Assembly (NCBI GenBank): GCA_964522435.1
Contig: CAZFUL010000004.1
Span: forward strand, 54,360-118,359
Length of the DNA stretch: 64,000 nt
Direction of reading: 5' to 3'
From: an uncultured Gammaproteobacteria bacterium
GTDB taxonomy: Bacteria > Patescibacteriota > Patescibacteriia > Magasanikbacterales > UBA922
The position numbers were made by a program, and so were the translations under genes. A model generated the notes under the pieces. It was given only the letters and a program-made list of their open reading frames with translations, ran no database searches and had not been told where the DNA came from. Position 1 is the first letter of the stretch; the number at the start of each line of letters is the position of its first letter. Shown here in pieces: positions 49,317-58,863 of the stretch.

Positions 49317-49338
49317 TAGACACAGCTAACTGTTTTCC

Positions 49339-52293
49339 ATGGCTGAACACATAAAACAATTTACTCGCTTATCATATGCACGCATAGTCCGTCTGTTACC
49401 CAGTCGGCGTTTTCGCTTATTTAGTCTTATTTCTCTTGCACTTATTGTTATTTCTACGGTATTTATTTGGGCAGCACCTTCTTTTGCGCAAAATGTCCCG
49501 GTATCCGGAATTGGTGATGCCATTATTCGCTCATTGGTGTGGCTCATGCTGCAGTTGGCAACCGTGTTTATTCAGCTTACCATATTTTTATTGCGCTTTT
49601 TTATTTTAATTGCGGGGTATAATGATTATATTAATGCCCCGGTCGTATTATTGGGTTGGAACATGTTGCGTGATATTGCAAACATGTTTTTTATTGTGAT
49701 TTTAATGGTGATTGCCTTTGGCACCATGCTTGGTTTAGAACAGTATGAATGGAGAAAGTCATTGGTAAAGTTAGTTATTGCTGCCATTTTAGTCAATTTT
49801 AGTAATTTAATTGTGCAAGTCATGATAGACGTGGCACAAGTATTTACCATTACCTTTTTAAACGCGGTGGCTGGGGCAGCAGGGGGCAACCTGATTCAAA
49901 TGTTTAACTTTGATAAATTATTTGAAATTGTCGTTGGCAGTCCAGAAGATGTGAGTGGAGATTTACTCTTGAATTTGTTTGGGGCGGGCGTTATTTCGTT
50001 AGTGTTTGCGGGCATGGCCATGTTTACCATGCTTGCCTATGTGGTGGTGTTGTTAGCGCGTATGGTGGTGTTGTGGATGGGGATTATTTTGTCTCCCCTC
50101 ATGTTTATGTTTAGCGTATTACCGCAAACAAAAAAATATGCAGATGAATATTGGTCTGAAATAATAAATCATATTATTGCCGCGCCAGTGATGGTGTTCT
50201 TTTTGTGGCTATCGTTTGCTACCTTTGGGGGCAACCAAGGCGCTATTGCCCATATAGAAGATAATAATGCCATTAAAACAGCCCAAGGCAGCGGCTATTT
50301 ATCCAGTGCAGAAACCATAGGCGGCAGTAAACCGGCTATTGCGGGAATTAGTCAAGCGGGTACCCCAGAAAATATGGCTAATTTTGCAGTGGCCTTGGCC
50401 TTTTTATGGTTAGGGGTAGAACGGGTGCAAAAATTGGGCGTCAAAGGCGGCAGCTTACTATCAAAAGCAACCAACTTTGCTGGGAATGTTGCCACCATTG
50501 CGACCGGCTACGCTGCTGGCCGTTGGTTAGTTGGCAAAGGCACTGATGCGAGTATTGGATCACTCAAATATGTTGGGAATAGAATTCCTTTGGTTGGGGG
50601 TGCATCACTTAAAAATTATGGCGCAGCAATTTCGAGTACTTTTCAACGCAAAGGTGCGTTGGGCGTGTTAACTGCCGGAAATTTTTCTGGTATTGGTGGG
50701 GCGCAGAGTAAAATTAGAGCATCTGAACGAGCAAAGAACTGGGAAGAAAATGGCTTCTACAAAGGGACCGGTGGTCGTGCGGTTGGTTGGTTGGCCGCGC
50801 GGGTGTGGGAACCGTCTGAGCGAGCAGAAAAGCGGAGTCAAGATTGGGCTGCGGCGGCTGAACGCGTGAAAAAAATCCAAGAAGAATCATACTCAACCAG
50901 TGGCAGTCGTGCGGGGCAAGCAAAATTAGATGCCACTGTTGAGTTGAAAAAAGTAGAAGAAAAAGCAGCAGCAAAAGGAGCGCAAAAAATAACAGAGCGG
51001 CTAAAAGAAGCACGAGAAATTAAAGAAATTTATGACAAGTTAAAAGATCAAAATAATCGTCTTCCTGCGGACACACAACGCTCTGAAAAAGAATTACGTG
51101 AGCAAACACAAGAAGCGTATTTAGAAAAAGTAGCGCGCGAAAAAGGAGCTTCTACCAAAGAAAAAACACAACGCTTATTAGAACGTGATGGAGGGGTCGC
51201 AAGTCGTTTAGAGTTAGCAAATAAAGTCGCGACTGAAATTAAATCGACGGTGGGCTCAAAAGCGGCAAGTGAAGAAGGGGATATGAAAGAGCGTCATTTT
51301 ATTGAAGAAGAACAAGCAAGAGCGCGAGATAAAATTCGTGCAGGACTAAATTTACCAGAAATTCATTTGCCTGCTTTCCGAGATAGATATCAAAAAGAAA
51401 TTGAAGAATCCATGTCTGGGTTAAATTTTCGTGAAATTACGCGTCAAGCAGGTAATTTTATGGCACAAGGGTTACGTTCTCCAGAAATTGCTCGTGCGGC
51501 GGCAGCAACGCTGTCTGTGGCAATGAAACGTGGCTCAGAAACCGGGATGGCTGCCTTTAATGAAATGTTAATAGGCTTAGGCTTTGATGATAATGCCGCA
51601 CAAAATGTTGCCGCAGATGATATGCAAGGAAAACAACGTTTGTTGTTATCTGCATTATTGGGTGAGCGAGTAACTGAAACAGATAATCTTGATCAAAAAA
51701 TGGCAGAATTTGAACAAAAAGTAGGTGGGCCAGAAGCTGCCCAAACTATTTTAAAAAATTTGGATAGTAACCTTAAAGTCGCGGCAGCTGATGGTGCGGT
51801 AAATATGGCTGGGTTGTTTGATGACCGAACCGTCGATGCAAATGGTAAATTAAAAATAAAATTAGAAACAGACACTGCGAAATTTAAAGGAAATCGTATG
51901 TATGCCGCTAATGTAAATAATATTACCAAAGCGACTGGAGTAGAGGATATGATTGGTGAAAAAGGTACCTTACAAAAAACAAAACGTGATGCGCAAGGAA
52001 GAAAAATCTTAGATAGTGCCGGTAACGCGATTATGGAAGACGATATTCAAGCACAAGAACAATTGGCAACATTCTTAAATTCTGCGAAGCAAAATACACG
52101 GTTTAGCTCATTTTTTGTGGAATCAATTGTGAGATTAAATCAAAATGATCAAGCCGGCTTACGAAAAGTATTAGATAAACTGAATCAAGAAGCGAGAGCT
52201 GCAATAGAAAAATTATTAACCGCTCCATCCCCCACAGGTTCCGCTGCAGCTGGAGGTGCACCAATTGGACCTGGTCCTGGTGCCGGACCATAA
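49339..52293 (+). CDS. VirB6/TrbL-like polytopic membrane protein with a long charged coiled-coil C-terminal extension
   Basis: At least 6 TM helices in the first 350 aa, in a TrbL/VirB6-like arrangement. They are followed by about 600 aa of K/E/A-rich predicted coiled coil and a Gly/Pro/Ala tail (GSAAAGGAPIGPGPGAGP). Lies in the VirB4 operon. Confidence 0.45.
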   Translation: MAEHIKQFTRLSYARIVRLLPSRRFRLFSLISLALIVISTVFIWAAPSFAQNVPVSGIGDAIIRSLVWLMLQLATVFIQLTIFLLRFFILIAGYNDYINAPVVLLGWNMLRDIANMFFIVILMVIAFGTMLGLEQYEWRKSLVKLVIAAILVNFSNLIVQVMIDVAQVFTITFLNAVAGAAGGNLIQMFNFDKLFEIVVGSPEDVSGDLLLNLFGAGVISLVFAGMAMFTMLAYVVVLLARMVVLWMGIILSPLMFMFSVLPQTKKYADEYWSEIINHIIAAPVMVFFLWLSFATFGGNQGAIAHIEDNNAIKTAQGSGYLSSAETIGGSKPAIAGISQAGTPENMANFAVALAFLWLGVERVQKLGVKGGSLLSKATNFAGNVATIATGYAAGRWLVGKGTDASIGSLKYVGNRIPLVGGASLKNYGAAISSTFQRKGALGVLTAGNFSGIGGAQSKIRASERAKNWEENGFYKGTGGRAVGWLAARVWEPSERAEKRSQDWAAAAERVKKIQEESYSTSGSRAGQAKLDATVELKKVEEKAAAKGAQKITERLKEAREIKEIYDKLKDQNNRLPADTQRSEKELREQTQEAYLEKVAREKGASTKEKTQRLLERDGGVASRLELANKVATEIKSTVGSKAASEEGDMKERHFIEEEQARARDKIRAGLNLPEIHLPAFRDRYQKEIEESMSGLNFREITRQAGNFMAQGLRSPEIARAAAATLSVAMKRGSETGMAAFNEMLIGLGFDDNAAQNVAADDMQGKQRLLLSALLGERVTETDNLDQKMAEFEQKVGGPEAAQTILKNLDSNLKVAAADGAVNMAGLFDDRTVDANGKLKIKLETDTAKFKGNRMYAANVNNITKATGVEDMIGEKGTLQKTKRDAQGRKILDSAGNAIMEDDIQAQEQLATFLNSAKQNTRFSSFFVESIVRLNQNDQAGLRKVLDKLNQEARAAIEKLLTAPSPTGSAAAGGAPIGPGPGAGP

Positions 52294-52312
52294 GGATCTA
52301 TCGTAGAGAGAT

Positions 52313-53386
52313 ATGTCTATGACCAAAGAAATTTTTTCTCAAATTCAACCACTCTCTTCTAGTCAGCTGCGTGAAGCCGATGATCTTTTTTTTGAGTTAC
52401 GTGGTTCGATAGAAGAAAGCGAAACACTGTGGCAAGCCCTAGACACAGGAATTGCCTCAATGAATGCTGCAACGCTGTATACCTTTCGTCAGAGTTATTT
52501 GCGTTGGTATACCATACTGAGTTGGGATTTGTTATTGAGTAGAAGTAAAGAGGTTCTCCCAAGAATATGCCAAACAACACTGGTGACTGCGGTAAGAGAA
52601 GATATTCCTGTTTGGAAAAAATTTATTGAGTATTTGCATAGTAATAGTTTGGACGAAGATGATATGCAAGCGGTGTATGCAACTGTTCGCGATCTGTTAC
52701 TTCGGTCTGATCAAATTGTTTGTTATCTTAAAGGTGAAGCAGTTACCTTAGAAACCTATATGGTAACCGTGAGTTCTTTTGAACAACGCGAAGATACCTT
52801 AGGGTTATCGCAATACTATAGTGATGTGCAACATGCCTTAGTACAAGATGCTGAGGTGGTACATATAGAGGTGGATGCAAAGCAGATGATGGCATCTATT
52901 CAGGACTTTTTTCATTTTTTGCAAGGGGTATTGCCAGAAAATATTTTTTATATCGTGGATGCGCATATGTATCCACAAAAATATGATGAATCATTCCGCA
53001 ATGCACAACCCGCTGCTCCTATAACCGATATGGTTGATGATATGTTAGAAACAGCAGCAGCTGTTCCTGATTTATTGGATACCTGGGTAGCCCAAGTGTC
53101 AGCGCATAAAAGCGATATCATCGCCTGGTTGGCGAATGATCAAACACAAGAGCAACTTGTGTATGCCTGCCAATCCCTTAAAAATCCCGTACAAGCACGG
53201 CAACGCCTTGCGGCGACCTTTCAACAGGTATTTCCGGATATTCATGAACAAATGGACATTGCGGGGGCTATTGTCGAACTCGACAGCTTTTTGCAAGAAC
53301 AAGGGATAACAGCAACAAATGACTTTTTGTATTTTGATGATACGGATGCAGGATTTCATTGGCATGAAGAGTATAAAACACCATAA
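52313..53386 (+). CDS. Hypothetical acidic protein (T4SS-like locus)
   Basis: 357-aa ORF, 20 nt after the VirB6-like gene. No recognisable motif. Confidence 0.4.
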   Translation: MSMTKEIFSQIQPLSSSQLREADDLFFELRGSIEESETLWQALDTGIASMNAATLYTFRQSYLRWYTILSWDLLLSRSKEVLPRICQTTLVTAVREDIPVWKKFIEYLHSNSLDEDDMQAVYATVRDLLLRSDQIVCYLKGEAVTLETYMVTVSSFEQREDTLGLSQYYSDVQHALVQDAEVVHIEVDAKQMMASIQDFFHFLQGVLPENIFYIVDAHMYPQKYDESFRNAQPAAPITDMVDDMLETAAAVPDLLDTWVAQVSAHKSDIIAWLANDQTQEQLVYACQSLKNPVQARQRLAATFQQVFPDIHEQMDIAGAIVELDSFLQEQGITATNDFLYFDDTDAGFHWHEEYKTP

Positions 53387-53389
53387 TAT

Positions 53390-54445
53390 ATGCCTCAAGA
53401 CATGCACGCCTCACCTGCAACGATACCGGTAAAAAAAGAAGATGGAACAACGGTGCGGATGACCTTAGAACAATTACGCATATACCAAAAGCAACAAAAA
53501 CAACAATCTGTTGGTTCTTTGGCTTCACCAAGTAATCAAGTAAAAACGAATTCGTTACAATCGATTGCACAGCTAACAGAGCGGCTAAAACAAGGGGCAA
53601 TTGCTCGCCCCGTGCCACCCAAAGCACAAAGTACACCAGCAAAAAAAGAAAGCACATTGACCCTGCACGCAGTACAAAAAAAATTATCTCCTATAGCTAT
53701 TGATGCAGGTCAACAAGTAAACGACGTTGCAACCGCAAAACAAGAAGCGCTGGTATCACAAAAAAGTGCGGTTCCTGCGCTGCGCACCAAATCGATGGCA
53801 TTATCAACCACAACACCAGTACCCAATGCATTTATACAAGAAGCCGTAGCCCATATCTGGGATAAAGACGATCATGTATCGTTGTTAGATGAAACACTGC
53901 ATCAAGATTTTCTCGCACCTGCACAACCGTTGATGACAGCAACCGCTGCAGGAGCAACAGCAAAAGCGGGGGGACAATCCGCAGTTCCTGTACAAACTAG
54001 CTCAGCCCAATTTTCTGATACCACCATGCGACAATCGCTTCATACGCGTACAAGTATTCAAGATGTACAACCAAAAAAAATTGGGGTGGTGCCGCGAACG
54101 CTTGATTCCACGTATGAACAGACAAAAACAACAATGGGCCCGCTTGATGAGTTAGCCCAATTTACCGTGATAGATTTTCGCCGTTTATCAAAAACGCCCA
54201 TGGACGCTGCTGCGCAGATATTGAAAAAATTTGATATACTAAAACAAGAGTCGTACTTATTATATTTAGACGCAAGACAGGCATGGTGGAAAAGTCCGTT
54301 GTATACCCAATATATAGCGCTTATGACGAGCGCGTTACTGCAACTGCAACCAATCACCGAACTCTATGGATCGGCAGGGGATACCGAACAGCTGATGCAG
54401 GAAGAATATGAAGCGATTATTGCCATTAACCGTCGACTCAATTAA
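53390..54445 (+). CDS. Hypothetical Ala/Thr/Gln-rich protein (T4SS-like locus)
   Basis: 351-aa ORF, 4 nt after the previous gene. Low-complexity middle region. Confidence 0.4.
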   Translation: MPQDMHASPATIPVKKEDGTTVRMTLEQLRIYQKQQKQQSVGSLASPSNQVKTNSLQSIAQLTERLKQGAIARPVPPKAQSTPAKKESTLTLHAVQKKLSPIAIDAGQQVNDVATAKQEALVSQKSAVPALRTKSMALSTTTPVPNAFIQEAVAHIWDKDDHVSLLDETLHQDFLAPAQPLMTATAAGATAKAGGQSAVPVQTSSAQFSDTTMRQSLHTRTSIQDVQPKKIGVVPRTLDSTYEQTKTTMGPLDELAQFTVIDFRRLSKTPMDAAAQILKKFDILKQESYLLYLDARQAWWKSPLYTQYIALMTSALLQLQPITELYGSAGDTEQLMQEEYEAIIAINRRLN

Positions 54446-54448
54446 GCT

Positions 54449-54883
54449 ATGCAGCAATTTATTGTTCCACAATTTATTGATGTTGAAGATAAAATTTTTG
54501 GACCAATTACTACCAGACAGTTTTTGATTTTGCTCATAGCGGGAGGCATTATTTATTTATCCTTTGAATTATTTGATTTTGCCTTATTTCTTATTATTGC
54601 TATTTTTTTAGGCGGCTTTTCGTTGGTGTTAGCGTTTATAAAAATTAACGGACAAGCATTTCATTATTTTTTATTAAATATTTTTGAAAGTTTTCATAAA
54701 CCTGCTCGGCGTATGTGGCAAAAATCATATTCCAAAAAAGAATTGGATATGCTCCGAAACGCGGTTGTGGAATTTGTTTCAGAAAAAACAGCGGTGACGC
54801 CGGTGCGTCGTGAGCGTATTCGTGATCTATCTTTGCTGGTAAATACGGGCGGCTATTATCGTCCGGATGATGATATTGTGTAA
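54449..54883 (+). CDS. Small two-TM membrane protein, PrgI/VirB3-like
   Basis: 144 aa. Hydrophobic hairpin (FLILLIAGGIIYLSFELFDFALFLIIAIFLGGFSLVLAFI). Positioned just upstream of VirB4, as VirB3/PrgI are in Gram-positive T4SS. Confidence 0.4.
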   Translation: MQQFIVPQFIDVEDKIFGPITTRQFLILLIAGGIIYLSFELFDFALFLIIAIFLGGFSLVLAFIKINGQAFHYFLLNIFESFHKPARRMWQKSYSKKELDMLRNAVVEFVSEKTAVTPVRRERIRDLSLLVNTGGYYRPDDDIV

Positions 54884-54889
54884 AGCACT

Positions 54890-55576
54890 ATGGCAAAAAA
54901 TCAAGCAAAAAAAACAGCAAATAAAAAAGCGTCAACACAAGCTCATCTTCCGATTGCCGAAGTAAAAGACAGTGTGGTGATTATGAAAGACGGAACACTG
55001 CGGGCAGTTATGATGACCTCGAGTATTAATTTTGCCTTAAAATCAGAAGATGAACAAAATGCCTTAATTTCTTCGTATGTGGGATTTTTAAATGGGCTTG
55101 ATTTTCCTTTACAAATCGTCGTGCAATCACGGCAATTACAAATTCAGCCCTACATTGATAAATTGTTGCAACGAGAACAAACGCAAAAAAATGAATTATT
55201 GCGCATTCAAATTGCCGATTATCGTGCCTTTGTGCAAGAGTTGGTAGATATTGGTCAAATTATGACCAAACGCTTTTATGTTGTGGTTCCCTATGATCCC
55301 TTATCAAATAAAAAGAAAAGTTTTTGGACACGCATGAAAGAAGCCTTAAAACCAACCGTGAGTATTCGATTAAAAGAAAAACGATTTTTAGAACGAAAAG
55401 AAAGTTTGCAAGTGCGGGTGCGTCAGGTAATTCAAGGATTAGAAAGTATGGGGCTGCAAGTAGTCCTCCTTGATACGCAAGCCTTAATTGAATTGTACTA
55501 CAGTAGTTATAATCCCGATATTGCCTTTAATCAACCCATGAGACCGCTCGATGAATTACAAATTGAAGAGTTGTAA
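54890..55576 (+). CDS. VirB4/TraC N-terminal domain, split from the ATPase by an in-frame TAA
   Basis: LPIAEVKDSVVIMKDGTLRAVMMTSSINFALKSEDEQNALISSYVGFLNGLDFPLQIVVQSR resembles VirB4 N-terminal regions. Same frame as 55586-57454, separated only by a TAA plus 9 nt. Confidence 0.5.
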   Translation: MAKNQAKKTANKKASTQAHLPIAEVKDSVVIMKDGTLRAVMMTSSINFALKSEDEQNALISSYVGFLNGLDFPLQIVVQSRQLQIQPYIDKLLQREQTQKNELLRIQIADYRAFVQELVDIGQIMTKRFYVVVPYDPLSNKKKSFWTRMKEALKPTVSIRLKEKRFLERKESLQVRVRQVIQGLESMGLQVVLLDTQALIELYYSSYNPDIAFNQPMRPLDELQIEEL

Positions 55577-55585
55577 TATACCTGT

Positions 55586-57454
55586 ATGGCATTTAAACCG
55601 ATTCAACAACATAATAACGAGCAAAAAAAACAACTCAAAGAGAGTGCTTTGCGTCGTTCAAAACAAGTACAGGAAGATGTAATTTCTCTTGAAGAGGAAC
55701 GGGTGTACCGAGAAGGAACCGTCACTATTCGTGATTTGATTGCTCCCTCTGCGCTGCGTATTGATTCTACCTATCTTCAGTTAGGAGAAATTTATGTACG
55801 CACCTTTTTTGTTGTTACGTATCCACGCTATATTGCGGTTGGCTGGAGCGCACCTATCCTCAATTTGAACATCACCATGGATATTAGCATGTTTTTTTAT
55901 CCGGTAACCTCTGGCATTATTTTAAAACAGCTTAAGAAAAAAGTAGGCGCGATTCAAGCACAAATTAGTTCTGATGTAGAAAAAGGAGCGCCCCGCGACC
56001 CCATGAGAGAAACGGCGTTACGAGATATTGAACAACTGCGCGATGATTTGACCCAAGGGGTGGAACATTTTTTTCAATTTGCCTTTTATGTCACGGTGTA
56101 TGGAAAAAATAAAGACGAATTAGACAAAATGTCTGAAACGGTTGAAAATATTTTTGGTTCTCGTTTGATTTACAGTAAACATGTGTTGTATCAAGCAGAA
56201 CAAGGATTTACGTCTACACTGCCACTCGGACTTGATGAACTCATGATTCAGTTTAACATGAATTCGTCTCCTATTGCCTCGTCATTTCCTTTTATTTCTT
56301 CTGAGTTAACGAGTGATGATGGTATTTTGTATGGGATTAATCGTCATAACAATAGTCTTATTTTATTTGATCGCTTTTCACTGCAAAATGCGAATATGGT
56401 GGTATTTGCTACTTCTGGTGCAGGAAAGTCCTATGCCGTAAAACTAGAAGTATTGCGTAGTCTTATGATGGGGATTGATGTTATTATTATCGATCCAGAA
56501 AAAGAATATGAACACTTAACAGAAGCGGTCGGTGGAACTTATGTCAACATTTCGCTTTCTTCAGAAAGCATGGTCAATCCATTTGATTTACCCCGTCCAC
56601 TCGCCGGGCAACAAATTGCGACGGAAGATATTATCCGCAGTGCCGTCATCACCATTAAGGGCTTGATTCGTATTATGTTTGGTCAAATGACCACGGAGCA
56701 AGATTCTATTATGGATCGCGCGCTGTTGGAAACCTATGCCAAAAAAGATATTACGAGTAGTGCAGACTTAAGTCGTGTTGAACCCCCAATCATGCAGGAT
56801 TTGCTCGATGTGTTAGAAGGAATGCAAGGCGCAGAAGAATTAGTCGTAAAATTACAAAAATTTACCACAGGAACATTTTCTGGGTTGTTTAATGCGCCCA
56901 CAAACGTCAACATTAATAATCAATTAGTGGTATTTAGTGTTCGTGATTTAGAAGATGAGCTTCGTCCCATGTCTATTTATTCGTTGATTAATTATATTTG
57001 GAACGTGGTGAGAAGTGAAAGAAAAAAACGTTTGCTTATTATTGACGAAGCCTGGTGGCTCATGACCAATGAAGATAGTGCAAAATTTATTTATGCGCTG
57101 GTAAAACGTTGTCGCAAATATTATTTAGGGGTAACGACTATTACCCAAGACGTGAATGACTTTTTAGGCTCGCCCTATGGCCGCGCTATTGTGACCAATT
57201 CTGCATTGCAATTACTACTTAAGCAATCACCTGCCGCAGTTGAGCTGGTACAAAAAACCTTTATGCTCACAGAAGGGGAGCGCTATCTGTTATTAGAAAG
57301 TGCCGTGGGAGAAGGGATTTTCTTTGCCGGATTAAAGCATGCGGCAATTAAAGTGGTTGCGTCCTATACAGAAGATCAGTTGATAACATCAGATCCAAAA
57401 CAATTATTGGATATTGAACGGGCGAAAAAAGAATTTGAACAAGAAATGAAGTAA
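55586..57454 (+). CDS. Type IV secretion/conjugation ATPase, VirB4/TraC/PrgJ family (C-terminal two-thirds)
   Basis: Walker A VVFATSGAGKSYAVK. Walker B LLIIDEAWWLM. VirB4-type middle domain (TYLQLGEIYVRTFFVVTYPRYIAVGWSAPILN). Lacks about 200 N-terminal residues, which the upstream ORF supplies. Confidence 0.9.
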   Translation: MAFKPIQQHNNEQKKQLKESALRRSKQVQEDVISLEEERVYREGTVTIRDLIAPSALRIDSTYLQLGEIYVRTFFVVTYPRYIAVGWSAPILNLNITMDISMFFYPVTSGIILKQLKKKVGAIQAQISSDVEKGAPRDPMRETALRDIEQLRDDLTQGVEHFFQFAFYVTVYGKNKDELDKMSETVENIFGSRLIYSKHVLYQAEQGFTSTLPLGLDELMIQFNMNSSPIASSFPFISSELTSDDGILYGINRHNNSLILFDRFSLQNANMVVFATSGAGKSYAVKLEVLRSLMMGIDVIIIDPEKEYEHLTEAVGGTYVNISLSSESMVNPFDLPRPLAGQQIATEDIIRSAVITIKGLIRIMFGQMTTEQDSIMDRALLETYAKKDITSSADLSRVEPPIMQDLLDVLEGMQGAEELVVKLQKFTTGTFSGLFNAPTNVNINNQLVVFSVRDLEDELRPMSIYSLINYIWNVVRSERKKRLLIIDEAWWLMTNEDSAKFIYALVKRCRKYYLGVTTITQDVNDFLGSPYGRAIVTNSALQLLLKQSPAAVELVQKTFMLTEGERYLLLESAVGEGIFFAGLKHAAIKVVASYTEDQLITSDPKQLLDIERAKKEFEQEMK

Positions 57455-57475
57455 CTATATTTATACTATATATCT

Positions 57476-58054
57476 ATGGAATTTTCAGAAAAAAAACGAG
57501 TGATTATATTTATCTCCGTTATTGTCGGATTACTTGCCGCACTCGTCCTTATTATATTGGTTGTATTGCGGATGCGTGCAAACAGTCCAACAACTACGAT
57601 CGAAAATACCGATACGGTAACAGCTCCGCTCGGTGATACCTTTACTGGAACAGAAGGGTTATTGCCTCCTCCTGTTGAACCGGTTGTACCAGAAGATGCA
57701 CAAGAACGTTATGTAAAACAGGTATCAGAAATTTTTGTAGAACGTTTTCAAACCTATTCTTCTCATAATGATAATAGTCATATTAATGATGTGCTTGGCT
57801 TAGTTACCACACGTATGGCTGCTTGGGTAGAAAGTCAAACAGCTACCCAACAACGAGATTATCAAGGAGTAACAACACAAGTTATTTCTCGTCGTGTTAC
57901 TTCATACACCGCAAATAGCGCTGCAACCGTAACGATTGGTGTACAACAAGTGGTAGAAGATACGACAGGACAAAAAACAGTGTACAAAAATGGACGAGTG
58001 GAATTATTGTTTACTGATGGAGAGTGGAAAGTAGATGGATTATTTTGGGAGTAA
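57476..58054 (+). CDS. Bitopic membrane protein (VirB8/TcpC-sized), hypothetical
   Basis: N-terminal TM segment (VIIFISVIVGLLAALVLIILVVL) then a roughly 150-aa extracytoplasmic domain. Last gene of the T4SS-like operon. Confidence 0.35.
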   Translation: MEFSEKKRVIIFISVIVGLLAALVLIILVVLRMRANSPTTTIENTDTVTAPLGDTFTGTEGLLPPPVEPVVPEDAQERYVKQVSEIFVERFQTYSSHNDNSHINDVLGLVTTRMAAWVESQTATQQRDYQGVTTQVISRRVTSYTANSAATVTIGVQQVVEDTTGQKTVYKNGRVELLFTDGEWKVDGLFWE

Positions 58055-58143
58055 GTATTTATTATGGGCTCATTGAAGCTATACAGCTGCGATGAGTAAG
58101 GGCCTGCCTATGCCTTTCAGGCTTCGGCAGGTAAAAGGGGCAT

Positions 58144-58863
58144 ATGAAAAAATATATTCAAAAAGTATATGAGGAAGTATGGGCATACCTATTTCCTCTT
58201 TTTTGTGTCGTTTGTAAGCACGAGGGAGGGTTACTCTGTGGTCGTTGTCAAAAAGACATTGATCTTAACGCTGTGTTTGCTTGTCCGTATTGTCATAAAA
58301 CAACCCGAGCAGGAGAAATCTGTCCTGCTTGTATCTCTCATACGACCGGGCTAAGCCAGGTAGTAAGTTTCACAAAGTATCAAGAACATACTGCCATGGA
58401 TAAGCTCTTGCACGCCTATAAGTATGCGTATCAAGAATCCGTACTTCTTTTATATCGTCAATTATTTACGGATTTTTTTGCGCGCTTTCCTGAACTGTAT
58501 GCAGGTGTAGACTATCTTGTCCCAATTCCATTACATCGGCGTCGTTTTGCAGAACGAGGGTTTAATCAATCGGTGGGAATTGCAAAAGAACTCGGAGCCG
58601 TACGCAATATGCCCATGCATGATATGCTTTGCCGAAAGCGCTATACCAATCAGCAAGCGCTGCTTTCTCAACAAGAAAGACAGGAAAATATGCAGGATGC
58701 TTTTGCACTATTACCAAAAAAAGAAGCGCTTATTTACGGAAAGCGCATCCTCTTGGTTGATGATGTGTATACAACTGGCGCCACGATGCAAAGTGCTGCA
58801 GCAGTACTAAAAAGCGCTGGGGCAAAAGAGGTGTGTGGGTTTACGATACTCAGATCCATTTAG
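58144..58863 (+). CDS. comFC: ComF-family competence protein/phosphoribosyltransferase
   Basis: Double CxxC zinc ribbon (CVVCKHEG...CGRCQ...CPYCHK...CPAC) and the PRTase motif ILLVDDVYTTGATM. Confidence 0.8.
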   Translation: MKKYIQKVYEEVWAYLFPLFCVVCKHEGGLLCGRCQKDIDLNAVFACPYCHKTTRAGEICPACISHTTGLSQVVSFTKYQEHTAMDKLLHAYKYAYQESVLLLYRQLFTDFFARFPELYAGVDYLVPIPLHRRRFAERGFNQSVGIAKELGAVRNMPMHDMLCRKRYTNQQALLSQQERQENMQDAFALLPKKEALIYGKRILLVDDVYTTGATMQSAAAVLKSAGAKEVCGFTILRSI

